Assembly (NCBI GenBank): GCA_964016885.1 | Contig: OZ024740.1 | Span: 224,688,001-224,752,000 of the forward strand | Source of the DNA: Eledone cirrhosa | Lineage: Eukaryota | Direction of reading: 5' to 3' | DNA: 64,000 nt | Part shown: positions 26,014-39,480 of the stretch, piece after piece | Numbering within the stretch: position 1 is the stretch's first letter | Layout: every line of letters starts with the position of its first letter | Notes under the pieces: generated by a model | What the model was told of the DNA's origin: nothing | Databases searched by the model: none | The model's input: only the letters and a program-made list of their open reading frames with translations | Made by a program: the position numbers and the translations under genes

Positions 26014-27440
26014 TTAACAGGGATGAGCATATGAGATAATGGGGTCAGGGATAAGATAAGATGGAATTATTATTGTTGCAATGTCTTTGACCATATGTTT
26101 GCTTGATCAAGGCTGAGTTAACTTAATAATAATCGATAGTTGGGGTGTTAAAGTTTTCTTTATAGCAGAGGTTCCCATTTTTGAAAAAGTAAATATATGC
26201 TAGTGTAGAAAAATGAATGTTAAATGGTGATGATAATGATGCACTTTGTACTGTAAATTCGAAAATTTATTCAAAAGAGCTTTTCATATATATTAACAGA
26301 ACAACCTCTCATTCTTAACAGAGCTGACAAATTGTATCATTTTTTGGCAAATCTTGTTACTAATCTTTCCTTGTTTACCACTTTGACAGCTATATAGGAA
26401 CTTTCATTTAAATTTCAGTTTGTATTTTTCACATCTTAAAACCTAATCTTAGTCTTTTGCTGGACATCTAGTTACATATTGTGGAACATCAGTACACTGC
26501 AGAACACAGTTTGGGAATCACTGACTTATATGTATCGTTAGAATAGCCAACAAAATGTCATGTAGAATGTCTTCTGGGTCTCTACACTCAGAGTTCAAAT
26601 CTTGCTGAGGTTAATTTTGTTATTCATCAATATAACATTTGGATTTATGCATGAGTGTGTGTCTGTGAAACATATACATATACATCAGGTCCGAACACAC
26701 AAAAAAACAAAATCCCACTGTCACTTCCTCCATCTCTCATTATGAGCAATTGTGGGCCCTGGTGGACACAATAGAGAAGGTGTTTCCCCAGAGGAGGGTG
26801 AGGGAGACACACTGGAAGAGCCATTCCAGCTTGCAAGGCTCACACCTGCAGGTAGACAGCTCTGTGCTGATGAAGGTGAACAGGGAGGTGGCCCAACAGC
26901 CATCACTGGCACGGGCTCGTCCGCAAAGCTGTCAGAGAGCGACTGATAAATTAATGTAGCAATCCAAATTAGAGGACTGACAGAGCATTGGCTAAGAAAC
27001 TTTGTAGTAGTATTTGTTCTGGCTCTTTGGATTCTGAGTTCAAATACTGCTGTCACCTACTTACAGCTATAGTGCAACTTACTATAAATCTATCATCACA
27101 GTTCTGAGCTCTCCATCACTATCCACTCTGACATCTTCCAACAGGTTATTACTGGAATTTCTTTTTCCTTGAATAGAAAGCTTTGGAGGATATATATATA
27201 AAGACAGATTGGTGACCAGACAATCAACATAGACTACTATGAATTTGATTGTGCTCTATCTTTCTCTCTCTTACTGATAATGGAATACTCAGTCCTTTCT
27301 CATTACTTCTGTTTGTGAGCTTGTGTTGATATTATATATTTAAGACAATCTCTAATACAAAACTAATGCAATACACCCATTTTATATATTTATTTGATTA
27401 AATGGCCAATCTTTGCAACAGATATGGGTTTATGAGTTCT

Positions 27441-30400
27441 TTAACCCTTTTGTTACCTTACTTCTTCTGAAAGGAACTAACTATAATTTTCAAATCATTC
27501 CGAAAATATTTAAAGTTTTGGAAGATTTGATAATATAACTAACTTTCATAATATTAAGCAGGTGTTTGAAACATAATTTAACACCAGTTACAGTGAAAGA
27601 TTTTTAGATAGATGTGAACACCTTAAATGAAACACAACTGTATCATGTGGTTTGGTATTTAAAAAAGCAAAATTAGAACTATAGCATGTTTCTGAATCAT
27701 GGGAATTTTACAACTGTATGCTCTCTACAAGTACCCCATACATTCTTCAAATAGGATTAGTATATATTTCTTGCTTCAAAGATCAAAATAAATAGATTTA
27801 TGTTACTGAGCTTAAAGAAAGGAAATTTATATAGAATGACTATATAAATTACTATATATACCATATATACCCTTGTATAAGTTGTATACTAGACCTACAA
27901 TTAAAGGTGCATCAGAGATATTAGATGTACAATGGAGGAAGGAGCAACCTATCTAACAGTGTGACTTACCCATAGCTATACATAGTGTAGTTAAAAGAGA
28001 ACTATAAGTTTACAAATTTACATAGACGAGCCTTATTAACAGCATCATCTGATGATCATAAGAAGTCTACAAACATTTGAGCACAGTATTAAATGTATTT
28101 CTTGTAACATCTTAAAGGGACATATTTAATGAAGCTTGTACTGCACTAAAAATTGTATTTTATGAACAATGGTCACTTATATATCTATATAGATATCTGG
28201 GTATATTTTTACATCATATAACAATAGACAATGAAATATTAAACAGTTCTGATATTTGTATGTATTTTACAACGTTCTGATAGTGTTATCAATGCAACTT
28301 TCAATAGATTTCTTCACTGTCTTTGTATAGTAAAACAAAAGTTTCTATTTATTTCTTTTCTACTCAAACCATAAAATTTTCTTAATGTCTAAAGATTCTG
28401 AGATCTCAATTTGCTCACAAATACATTGATTGCTTGTCATATTTTTCAAAAGAATGGAAACATTTTTTCAAATTTCATTAGTGAGATTATACATTCATCC
28501 CAAAGAATACCCAAATTCTTTACCATTTAATCAGAAACATTATGCAAGTGCTTTAATGAATATTTCAATCAAAGAGCCTGAACAAAAATATGCAAAAGTC
28601 TTTTAATTTTCTAGAAAAAAATAAAAATAGCTGATTTTTACAGACATTGTCACCTTCAATTATAGAATATTTGAAGCTTTAGATTTTAGACAAGAGAAGT
28701 CAGCCATTCTAACACCCACTCCTTTGATACTAGTCATACTACATTAGCCACATTGTCATCCTAAATTACACCTTTTATAATTCATTGTCTCATTTTCTGA
28801 GACTCATCAGACTGCTTCATATTCTTATCAAAGATTTTTTTTTAGTTTTATTTGGTTTAAATTTAAAATAACAAGCTGCCAATCCAAATGAAATTTTTGC
28901 AAAAGATTTTACTAGACTATATTTGTTGTTATAGAAATTAAGAGAATATCCATTACTCATGATGTCTTCATTTGTATGGTCAGTATTTAATGCAATTTTG
29001 TAATTTTCATATGCCTACATTGTCTATTTAGTCTTAGAATTCACTGACCTAATCAACCAGCGATGAGTGGATAAACAAACAATTCTAACCACATACATTT
29101 CTCATAAAAGACACATCATTTCAATTAATTAGTGGAGAATGTGGCAAGATTTACTAATTATATTATTAAGATGGTATTTGCAATATAAAATAACAAATGG
29201 TTCTTATACACAATTATGTTGGAAGATTTGAATTTCAATAGAACTCTGTAAAATTGGGGGTTTGGTTCATAGCTCAAGAAGCAATTTTTGATGGGTTCAT
29301 ATAAAGAAGGTTGAGTTTATTTTTTTTTTTCAATTGATCGACAAGATCCCAGACTTCATTTGCTTACTGAATGAGGTGGAACTCATTAATAAAACCAAGG
29401 AGATAATGTTTTCTTTGGTCTTTCCATTGCTGATATTGTCTGCCAGTTGCAACTCTTGGCATGTGAAATAAAGTGTCATGGTCAAGAACAGAATGCATTG
29501 CTCGTGCATTGCTCATTTTGGGAATCAAACTCACAACTTCACAATTGTGAATCCAATTCTCTAACCACTAAGCCACACACCTTCATTAAATTGACTGTAC
29601 CCATCTTCCAAATTAAATTTGTGATTGTGTATTAATATTAGGATTCAATAAATAGTTTGCGTCTATCTTGAGTTTAGCAGCTTCTCTAGTACCATTCAAG
29701 ATTCAGAGATGATAGGTAAATCTAAAGAAAATTATTTGCAGCTTATATAATATAAGTACATAACTGTGTAAGCACAAGGTGGACAATGCAAGACTGAGTG
29801 ACTATGAGATGTTTAGGAGGAAAATGTATAAACTCAAGCTTCAAAAGCTCTGGTAAATTCACTGTGGTAAATTCATTGAGTATATTAGTTATATCAAAGA
29901 ACTATCATGCAGGGTTTAAGAAATATAGCAGTGCAACTGATTTGCTTTGGATCTCCTTCACTATTCAAATTAATTGAATTTGGGATTATCAGCGGAAGAG
30001 ACGCGTAAAATTTAACAAACTATTTCATATCAGAACTAAAATTTGCTTTGAATATTAAACATAAAAACAATCTTATATACTAAATAGCACAACATTTTCT
30101 TGGAAAACAAATACTGTCTTAATGATTCATTTGTATGTAAAACAATTCCCATTTATGAATAACAAATAAGTGTAGCTATGAGCAGTATATGATGGAAAAT
30201 AATAAGTATAATAGGTTTTGATGGAAAGTGGGTTTATAAGAATAGTAGCCTTGAGCTAGTAAAGTTCTGAAAGTTGAAGAACTTTAATAATGAATGTAAC
30301 TAAAAGTGAGTAGTAGTTACTGGTTAACTCTTTTGATACTAAACCACCTGAAAGCACCCTGGTTCTATGATATAAAACAAACTGTATTTTGCAGTGTTTG

Positions 30401-30764
30401 TATTCTTTAGAAGCCTTCCATTGTAATTTTATGTAAGAACAAATCTGATTGATTTCACTTGTAACAAGAAAAATATACCAATTCTATGTGAAGAATGTAT
30501 GAGATGTTAGTAAAGAGTATCAATTTGTAAAACTCCCATGATTCAGAAACACTTGCTATAGTTCTAATTTAATCTTCTTTAATATCAAACCACTTGAAAC
30601 TACTCCTGAATCTACAATGAGCTATTTAACTGGTGTTAAATTAGGCTTCAAACACCAACTTAATATTGGAAAGGTTAATTATAGTACTAAATCTTCCCAA
30701 ACTCTTGATTATTTTCAGAATGATTGAAAAATCCTAGGTAGAAATATGATGAAAAAAGGGTTAA
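27441..30764. repeat. Diverged inverted repeat pair (27441-27712 and 30525-30764) with outer ttaaccctttt / aaaagggttaa ends
   Basis: aattagaactatagcatgtttctgaatcatggg versus cccatgattcagaaacacttgctatagttctaatt; aatttaacaccagtta versus taactggtgttaaatt. Confidence 0.7.
29445..29585 (-). mobile_element. tRNA-derived CORE-like SINE (family S2)
   Basis: Reverse-complement match to the head of 63510-63630. Confidence 0.7.
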
Positions 30765-31046
30765 ATGACAAACTTACTGACTGGAACTTTGAATACAAAC
30801 TGGAACTGTTCCAACTAGCCAAGATTTGATGTAACTTTTGTTTGTTTATTTTTTACAATTAGTAAACAGTAGCATCACTTATGGCAGATTTCGACCAAAC
30901 CAATTATTGGTTCAACTGCATTTCCAAGACTGACAAGGGATTGTGTATAACTTGGTATAGAACAAATATTACAACTGACTTCATTCAAAGAGTACCAGTT
31001 TTTAATTGCTTTGACAAATTTATATCCTTTGCTAATATTCATTGGT

Positions 31047-31109
<63 letters not shown>

Positions 31110-31965
31110 GTGTGTGTGTGTGTGTAATCTAAATTGGTTGACATGAAGAACATCCAGCAAGAGAAACTATGCCAGAATATATGATTTATGGACAATAGAT
31201 TCTTCTCTAATCCATCTAGTCTCAGACTGTGATGACCCACCATGCAAGCAAACAAAACTGATTTAAATTAGTGATGACTTCAAACAATGGCTTTCCAAGC
31301 ACTTCTGGGATTTGGCACAATTCTACCAACCAAATTTCACTCATGAGATATGAATTCAAACACTGTGGCAGTAGAAGTCATTTTCCAAAAATACTGTATA
31401 AAAGGATCAAACCTAGTACTATTTAATTATGAAGTGAGCTTCTTAACTACATAGTCATGCATGTTCCCTAATAGCATGTAAAATATAAAAATTTAAGTAG
31501 ACATGCAATACATAAACATGTGTAAGTTTACATGGTGAATCATTTTTGCATATATGTTGTACTAGTAAACACACTGGTCCAAGAAGATTTGACCGTTTAA
31601 TGATATTCGATTGAGAGAGAATTTCTATTCACTGCATGTCAAAGATAGAATGGGTCATCCTGAATATTTGAATGGTTTCTTTGAAAGGTTTGGCAATAAT
31701 GGATTTTTTCCCAGTTTCAGGAATATCTGTGAGAGGCTTGGCATTAATGGGTTATGTTTGAATCTATTAAACATCTTTAGAGATCTCAATGCTAATGAAT
31801 TTTCTCCATTTAGATTTGACTTGGACAATCATGCTGTGAAGACCTATACTTCTGTAGACATATGCCTGGAGGTTTCATGAGTGCATTAGCTAAATAGTCT
31901 GGAAAGAGTTTACATAGTTAGTAAACATCTGGGAAATATATTAAATTTAGAATTTGAATTTGTAA

Positions 31966-32152
31966 ATAATTGTTTCTACTTTTGGCACAAGGCCAGCAAT
32001 TACCCAGTGCATTATTGGTACTTTATTTTATCAACCTCGTAAGGATGAAAGGCAAAGTTAACCTTGGCGGGATTTGAACTGAGAATGGAAAGGGCTGTAA
32101 CTCTATGCTGGAAAGCATGGCATCCGACCCTCTACCGATACTGCCAATCCAC
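31966..32152 (-). mobile_element. SINE S1
   Basis: Close match to 15302-15490. Confidence 0.85.
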
Positions 32153-33109
32153 CATAATGCTGCTTCATAAGAATGCGCTATATATGAATGTTTGATAAGA
32201 AAAATACCATAACCATTTCATTCCTGTATTTCTAATGAAATACATTGCCTATGTGTTTCGATTAATTTTGGAATTGAACACAAATTAACTAGAATTAAAT
32301 AAAATAATTAAAGCTTTCATTAGTAAGCTCATATTTAGAACATAACTTAACAATTTCAAATATAAAATTATGGAATATTTTAATATGAGGACAAACATTT
32401 TAAAATGGGCAGTTTTGTATCCTAAATTCAATGTGGTTACAAGTGGTTTGGTATCAAAAGAATTAAATGAGAAATTCACTTGTATTTTGACAAAAATAAA
32501 ATAAAACTGATACTCATGTTCTCAGTCTTGTCTAGAAATTGGCCTCGGTGAGATGTGGATATTTTCTGGCATCTTATTACCTGTGACAGAGAAGAGGAAA
32601 TAGTGAATTTTTCTTGTCATAAAAATAAACTGATTCAGGAAATAAGAAATATCAATAAAAATTACTACATATAAACATATAATTATAAAGGTGCAGATCA
32701 TAATTATTATTATTCAGTGGATTGGCAGAATTAATACAGCGTCAGATATCTGTCTTGCAGTGTTTGTTTCATTGCTTTCCATTTTGAGTTCAAATCCAGC
32801 CTAGGTCAACTTTGCTTTTCCTTTTTTCAACGTCAGTAAGATATAGTACTAATCAAGAAGTGGTGTTGATTTGACTTCCCTTGTGCCTACACCAGTGACT
32901 ATCCTCTCTCCCACACTATCGACCACCCTTATACACGCCCCCACCACTATTACCTCTGCTCACCAACTCTAAAAATCCTGACTCACCTATAACTATTTCT
33001 CATATGCTATCAAAACTCACCCCTTTGCTTGAACTCATCACCCAATCAAATCCCCCCCAGTTGCCATACATCCATAACATCATACTTATCTTCCTTCTCT
33101 GCAGACTAG

Positions 33110-33580
33110 CTAGGGCTCTTCAGTCGAGGCAATAACCAACAGTCTCACTAGTGCTGGTGTCATGCAAAAATCACCCAGTATACACTGTAAGGTAGTTGAT
33201 GATAGGAAGGGAACCCTGTTGTAGAAACCATGCCACATGGCATTGCGAGGACCTTCAGTTGTGTCAACTTCATGACAGCCTCTGTGTTAGTGACCCACAT
33301 ATAAATGCACCCAGTACACCTTGTAAAGTGGCTGGTAATAGGAAGGACATTTAGCCATAGAAAACATGCCAAAGGGTTGGAAGGGGTTACAGTCCTGTCA
33401 AGGACAAGACAATTTTTCTAGTTTTTATGATTTACACAAAATATGTACACAGTACATGTTGTAAAGTGGTTAAGGATAGGAAAAGCATCCAGATGCAGAA
33501 ATCTTGTCAAATAAAGGGTTGGGAGATCACGTCTGTTTTATCAAAGACATGACAAACTCACTAGTGCTGGTGTCATGATA
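33110..33580 (+). mobile_element. Multimerised RTE/SINE-type 3' tail units
   Basis: Three repeats of cacccagtacac..gtaaagtgg..taggaagg. Confidence 0.55.
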
Positions 33581-33744
33581 AAACAGACTTAATATGTGAG
33601 ATGCTGAACGCCTGCCTATCTGTGACAAGAGTAGCCCCTCTTGAGTTCTGATTCAGTCGGTAAAATCCTGTCCAATCCTTTCTAGAAGGGAAAATATTTG
33701 TTAAATGACGATGATCATTGTTAGTAACATTATTATTATTGAAG

Positions 33745-34143
33745 TAGTGGATTGGCAGTATTGGTAGAGCATGAAACAACATGCATAGAGTCATGGCCCT
33801 TTACATTCTGAGTTCAAATCCCAACAATGTTAACTTTCCCTTTCATCCTTACGGGGTTGATAAAACCAGTAATGCACTGCAGTCAATTTAATCGACTTTC
33901 CCCACACCCCAAATTTGTTGACCTTGTACCTAAATCAGATACCATTTTTATTAATAATTGTTTCTACTTTTTGCATAAGGCCAACAATTAGCCCAGTGCA
34001 TTACTAGGGTTTATTTTATCTACCCCGTAAGGATGAAAGGCAAAGTTAACCTCAGTGGGATTTGAACTCAGATCGCAAATGGCTGTAAATCTATGTCACA
34101 AAGCATGGCGTCCGACCCTCTACTGATACTGCCAATCCACTGC
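33745..34143. mobile_element. Tail-to-tail inverted pair of SINE S1 copies (33745-33950 +, 33955-34143 -)
   Basis: gtggattggcagtattggtagag at the left end and ctctactgatactgccaatccac at the right end. Confidence 0.85.
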
Positions 34144-34239
34144 CCAATTTTTACTGATAATAATAGTAGAGTAGGAGGAGAAATAGTAGTAGCAGCAGCT
34201 GATGATGATGATGATAGTAACTGGGAGCTACTTATTATA

Positions 34240-34400
34240 TAGGCACGGCTGCGTAGTTAAGAAGCTAGCCCCACAACCATATGGTTCTGGATTCAATTGC
34301 ACAGCATGGAATCATGGGCATGTCTCATCTACCATATAACCTTAGGCTGACTAATACCTTATTAGTGAATTCACTTGACAGAAAATGTAATACATTGTGT
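34240..34400 (+). mobile_element. Degenerate tRNA-derived SINE (third family; related remnants at ~31290-31460 - and ~40158-40470 +)
   Basis: ggctgcgtagttaagaag..ggttctggattcaat..atgggcatgtctc. Confidence 0.5.
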
Positions 34401-36359
34401 ATATGTGTGTGCGTCAACCAATGCAAGTGCCTTCATATTGACACCATTTAAAAGCAAGTACTGATGTTATGTCTCCCAAGAACAGTATCATCCATGGGCT
34501 TCTTTAGCAGATTGGTTTGTGGATTTAACTGACAAGTTTGTTTTTTTTAATTTATCAGATTTCGCTCATCTTTTCTTTCCAAATTTTCGATGATAGTAGC
34601 TTAATGTTACTTACAAGTATATGCCAAAGTACAAGCACATTCACGTAATAGTACATGGTTGAGATATTCACAATAATTACTATAATACAAATACAGTGTC
34701 GGCTATGATTTGACAAGCTTCCCAAGTACTTACAAATTCTGACACATTTACTCAATATTTAATATACAGCCATCTGCAAAGGAGCTACAAAGAACCTCTT
34801 ATAATATGGGTATAGAAGTGGATAATGATTCAATTCTTTATTAATAAAGCATCTAGTCATTCATCCAAATACTCTTATTTTGTTTTTATAATAAGTGATG
34901 AAATAAGTGCTGACATTTTAGTGTTCTATTAAGGTTTATCCTTTAAATAACAAAATATTGCTTATTGCCATATTATTTTCCATATAACTTTTAACCCTTT
35001 CACGTCATTAGAGTCGGGGGGGGGGTTCACTTCATCTAGATGTTCGTTCACACTACAAAGACTCTTCATATCAAATTGTTTATTCTTGAAAAGCCTTTTT
35101 TTTCTTTATATGCAAATATTTCCTTTACAACAAACTATTTCTTCACATAAAAATGTTTTCTTTACACACAAATCATTTTCTCATTACTTATCAATCATTT
35201 TATACAGAAGCATTTTTATATAAACAATTCACTATCGTCACCACTGCCACAGATGCCATCTCCAACATAATAGTTTCCTTGGATATTTCTGTTTACTTTA
35301 TAATTTATTTTTTGCTTCAACATTTTTTCTTTTTATTCGTATACTTATTATTTTTAAATGAAAATGTTCTTTTTCTTTTATTATTTCTAACTATGCATTC
35401 TCTACACAAAGAGAATCCTTATCCTTAGTTTGTTTTCAATTTTATCACATTTTTATTATATTCCCTGTTCCTATGCATAATGTGGCATTTTTTTAGTTCT
35501 TACTTCACCATTTGTTTCTTGACAAATACCTTTATTTTTCTTATGACATTCTCCATTCAGCTTCTCCAGTCCCTTCCTTAAACTGTTTCAGTCATTGCAT
35601 CATTTGTATAATTTGGCTGTCATTCATAGCCGCATGTACTTACTTTATTTATCCCTTATTCTTCCAATCTTTCCTATTCTTCAATTTTCCCTTCCTTTAC
35701 CACACCGAGCTTAACCTGTTCCTTTATTCATTGCTTGTAATTCTTTTTGTTCATGTCTTAAGATAAACTACAGCTTCCTTATTTCCTATCTTTAATATAT
35801 CTTTCAACCATTTTCTTTCTTCCATTCTTACAGACAATGTTTTCCTTTCTTCTCCTTATTCTCTTCTTTGAAATTATCTATTCTTCTATTTGTTCCTTTC
35901 ATTTTACATTCCCTCATCCAAATTTTTCCTTAAAATTTCTTTTCATTTATAATCTTTCGTCCTACACATTATATTTCTAATAATTTTCTTTCCATCTTTT
36001 CCATACCTATTCTCCATCTATTTTCCTATCCTTCTGTTCATACTGTCTTTTCCATTCTTCTCTTCACATCTTATTTCTAACTGCAGGCTAACCAGCTCTA
36101 ATTACCTACATCACATACAATATTTCCTTTTGAAGATCACATATTTCATATATTGATTCTTATAACATCCCTATATTCTGAACTAATGATCTACCAACTA
36201 CAAACTTTGACACTAACTGCTGCATTTCTTTGTATTCCATAGCATATATAATTTCCATTTGAAAAAATCATTTTATCAAACTTAAAACTAATTTAAAATT
36301 TGAATGTGTAAAACATTTTTTTCATATAGTTTCGAGAAATTTTAATTACTTATATTATG

Positions 36360-39300
36360 ATGATCATCATTGTCATTTTACATCCATTCTTTGGACAAGT
36401 TTTTGCCAGGACAGCAACCCTCTATTCATTTCAGTCCTTTGTCATCTCCTAACTGAGCTCTTGCAGATTGAGATCAGATCTTGCAACATCAGCCTACGTC
36501 TCCCTCTACCACAGCTTCCTTCCATTAAGGTCTCTTGGCAGCTCTTCACCTAACAATCAACAACCACATGCATTACATGTCCATACCAGCGCAGTCTTCT
36601 CCCTCACATACTGTTCAATTCCTCTTATACACAGCTTTTCTCTCACCTTACTGATGCTTTGATGTTTACATATATTAACATTATAGATACACCAGAACAT
36701 GCTCATTTCCTTTCTCCTCATCCTTCGCATATCCCCTGCATTTACAGTTCATGTCTCACTCCCATACAAGATTGTAAATCAGATGCAAGTATCATCAGCT
36801 GGCATTTCATTCATGCAGAGAAACCGTTTGTTATCAACAGGAGAAGTAGCTCTCTGAAATATTTCCATTCTGTTCTTATTCCAGCGACTGTGCTCTAGGT
36901 TCAACCTCTTCCACTGCAAATTAGATCACCTAGGTAGCAGAAGCAATCAACTGCCTCAATGTATCTGTTCTGGGATTAAAAAAGTTTACTTTACTGATGC
37001 TCTTACTACCAACTATCCCTGTGCATTTGCTACATACAAATTAACTTTTTCTCTTAACCTGACGACTATTGCACTGCACCTCTTGTGTACTCAAATTTAC
37101 ATTGTGTACATCGTATAGAGTTACTATATACTCCTTTTCTACATATCAAGCAAGCACACATCCTTAATGGTATCAGGGTCCTGTCTTCCCTCCTATTTAC
37201 CTAAACTTTGAGTTTTACCATGCTTAATCTAAGCACATTTGAATCTAAGTTGTATTTCCAAAGCTGCAATTTCTTCTCTATCTCTTTCACAGATTCAGTT
37301 ATAAGAGCAAATCCGTTAATATACACAATTTCCCATGGGCAGCCTATTTTAACCTCCTCTGTTATGGCCCAATAAACACCTAAACCCACATTAAACTCTA
37401 CACTAAACTCATTTCCTACTTTCACTTTTCAGACAGCTCCTCCATACATGGCTTGCACTGCTTTCACAAGCCATTCTTCTATACAATAAATTCCTTAAAG
37501 ACCAATTAACAACAGATTGTGGTATTCTGTCAAAGTTTGTCTCCACATGAATAAAAACTAGATATGGTGGCTAACAGTTAGAAAAAAACTTCTCTTGTAG
37601 TTGTCTCACTACAAAGAGGGCATATGTACTACTCACTCCCTGGCACAAAACCAAAATTCATCTCATCTAATTCTATTCTTTCCCTAATTAGTTGTTCTAA
37701 AACTCTTTCTGTTACTTTCATAACTTGGCCCATCAGTTTTGTACCCCTTTAATTGCCACATTTTTGAGCATCAATTTTCCAGTATCAATTAATGGGTATG
37801 ACCCAATCCTGTATTATTTGATTAACTCTGCAAGTGACTAGTTCAGCACTTACTTCTCCAGAAGATTTCAGTATCTGATGGACTGGTTGCTTTACCATTT
37901 TTCATCTGCTTGATTGCTTCCTTGATCTTAAAACTGTCTCTTTTTATAGCTGGTCCCTTTTTTAGATCAGCTGGGGTTAGTCTTTCTTCCTCCCACTCAT
38001 TCTCTACAAGAAACTCTCTGAATAGTATTTACAGGTTTCTTTCATACTAAGTGTACCAGTATTGTTTCAAACAGACTTTACCCCAACAATATCCTGGTTT
38101 TCATTGACATGCTGCTTTTTGATAGACAACACCTGATATCACTGATACTCACATTGCCAGATATTGATAAAACTCCTGCTTTCAGTTTCTTTATGTGCTG
38201 TGTTTACATGTCATCTAGCTCCTATTTTATCTATCTGGTACTGATTTTTGCTGTCCTCATTTTTCCAGTCTTTCCATACCTGTCTCTTTTCTTTAAGGGT
38301 TGTTGAACAGCACTGTGGAAAGATTGGAAAAATTGGGCACCAAAAACCAGTACCTGGTAGCTAAAAGAGAAGCTCGTTGACAGATATACACAACATCTAG
38401 AGAAACTGAAAGCATGAGGTTTACCAATATCTTGCACCTCTATCCACAGTGCTGTTCCACAACCAAGTCTCCCTCTGTCTAGTAGGTGTTTTCCTTCAGC
38501 CACAAGTCTTATCGCTAACCTCAGTATGTTGTCTCATAAAAATCTCCAATTGTTTTCTGTCATATGCATCCTGTAGAGATTACCTTCAATACTTCTTCTT
38601 TGCCCACTTATTCCTGAGAGGGTCATGGGGGCAGAGTCCTCAAACACTACTTCCAGCAGGTTCTGTTAGAAGCAACTGTCTCCAAATGATCTGGTAGGAT
38701 CCCCAAGCATGACCAACCAAGCTCATTGATGTTATCCAACCATCTTGCTCAGGGTCTACCCCTGGGTTCCTGCCAGTTGGTTTTGCCCATAAAATCTGTC
38801 CAGTGATTCTTTCCTGACACATTCTAACTACATGCTCATATGTCAGAGCTGTGATCTCTCAATTCAAAGAGGTAGCGGCTCTACCTGGAGTGACTCTCTG
38901 ATCTCAAAGTTACGCACTTTATTGAGTAACGTTACTCCAAAGACCCTTCAGAAGAATCCCATTTTGGCTGCTTGTATTTGTGATCATATTCTGTTGGTCA
39001 TTACCCAAGATTCATGACCATAGATAAGGGTTGGCACGAATACAGAATTGAAGATAGCAAGTTTGGCGTTTATGTCCACTTCCCTTCTACTCATTACTGA
39101 ATGCAGAACCTGGTGCATTATTGCACCAGTTCTCTTGCAATTCTTTCACTTAATACACACCTTCATATATTTTTTATTCTCTCTTGTGCTTATTCTGATG
39201 TCACTAATAAGTCATTTATGTTGTGTGATGCATTATTCTCTGGGAAAGGACTTAGCATTCATAACCATCTGTCTATCCCATTTTCTAACAAGCAAAAAGT

Positions 39301-39480
39301 GAATCTATCTGGTTTCTGCATTTGTCAGAATAGTAGGTGATCATGTGGCTAACTTTTTTCCTGAATGTTGTGATGCAAATAGTTAATTCATTTCCATCAC
39401 AAAATTCTAAGAGCCTTGAAACCTCCTGATTTTTCATTCCATACCCATATCCACCATGTAGAAATATTTCTTCAAAATAT
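36360..39480 (-). mobile_element. Degenerate near-full-length RTE LINE (relative of the 45.5-kb family) with a nested second RTE
   Basis: Minus translations (EFSVEFNVG..AITEEVKIGCPWEI..ITES..EKKLQLWK) and an APE remnant at 39110-39480. 3' end with (GAT)n-like tail near 36360. Confidence 0.7.
38620..39110 (-). mobile_element. 3' fragment of a different RTE family (Expander/Rex3-like) nested in the above
   Basis: Minus strand KLAIFNSVFVPTLIYGHESWVMT..SQIQAAKMGF..RMCQERI..KPTG. Confidence 0.7.

Noticed and set aside
26690-26950. GC-rich island with short ORFs in several frames
   Set aside because: No recognisable domain or consistent splice partners; likely a TE fragment.
34990-36240. T/C-rich stretch (and 18080-18790) that may be an old minus-strand LINE
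   Set aside because: Strand-biased composition is suggestive, but no diagnostic motif could be read.
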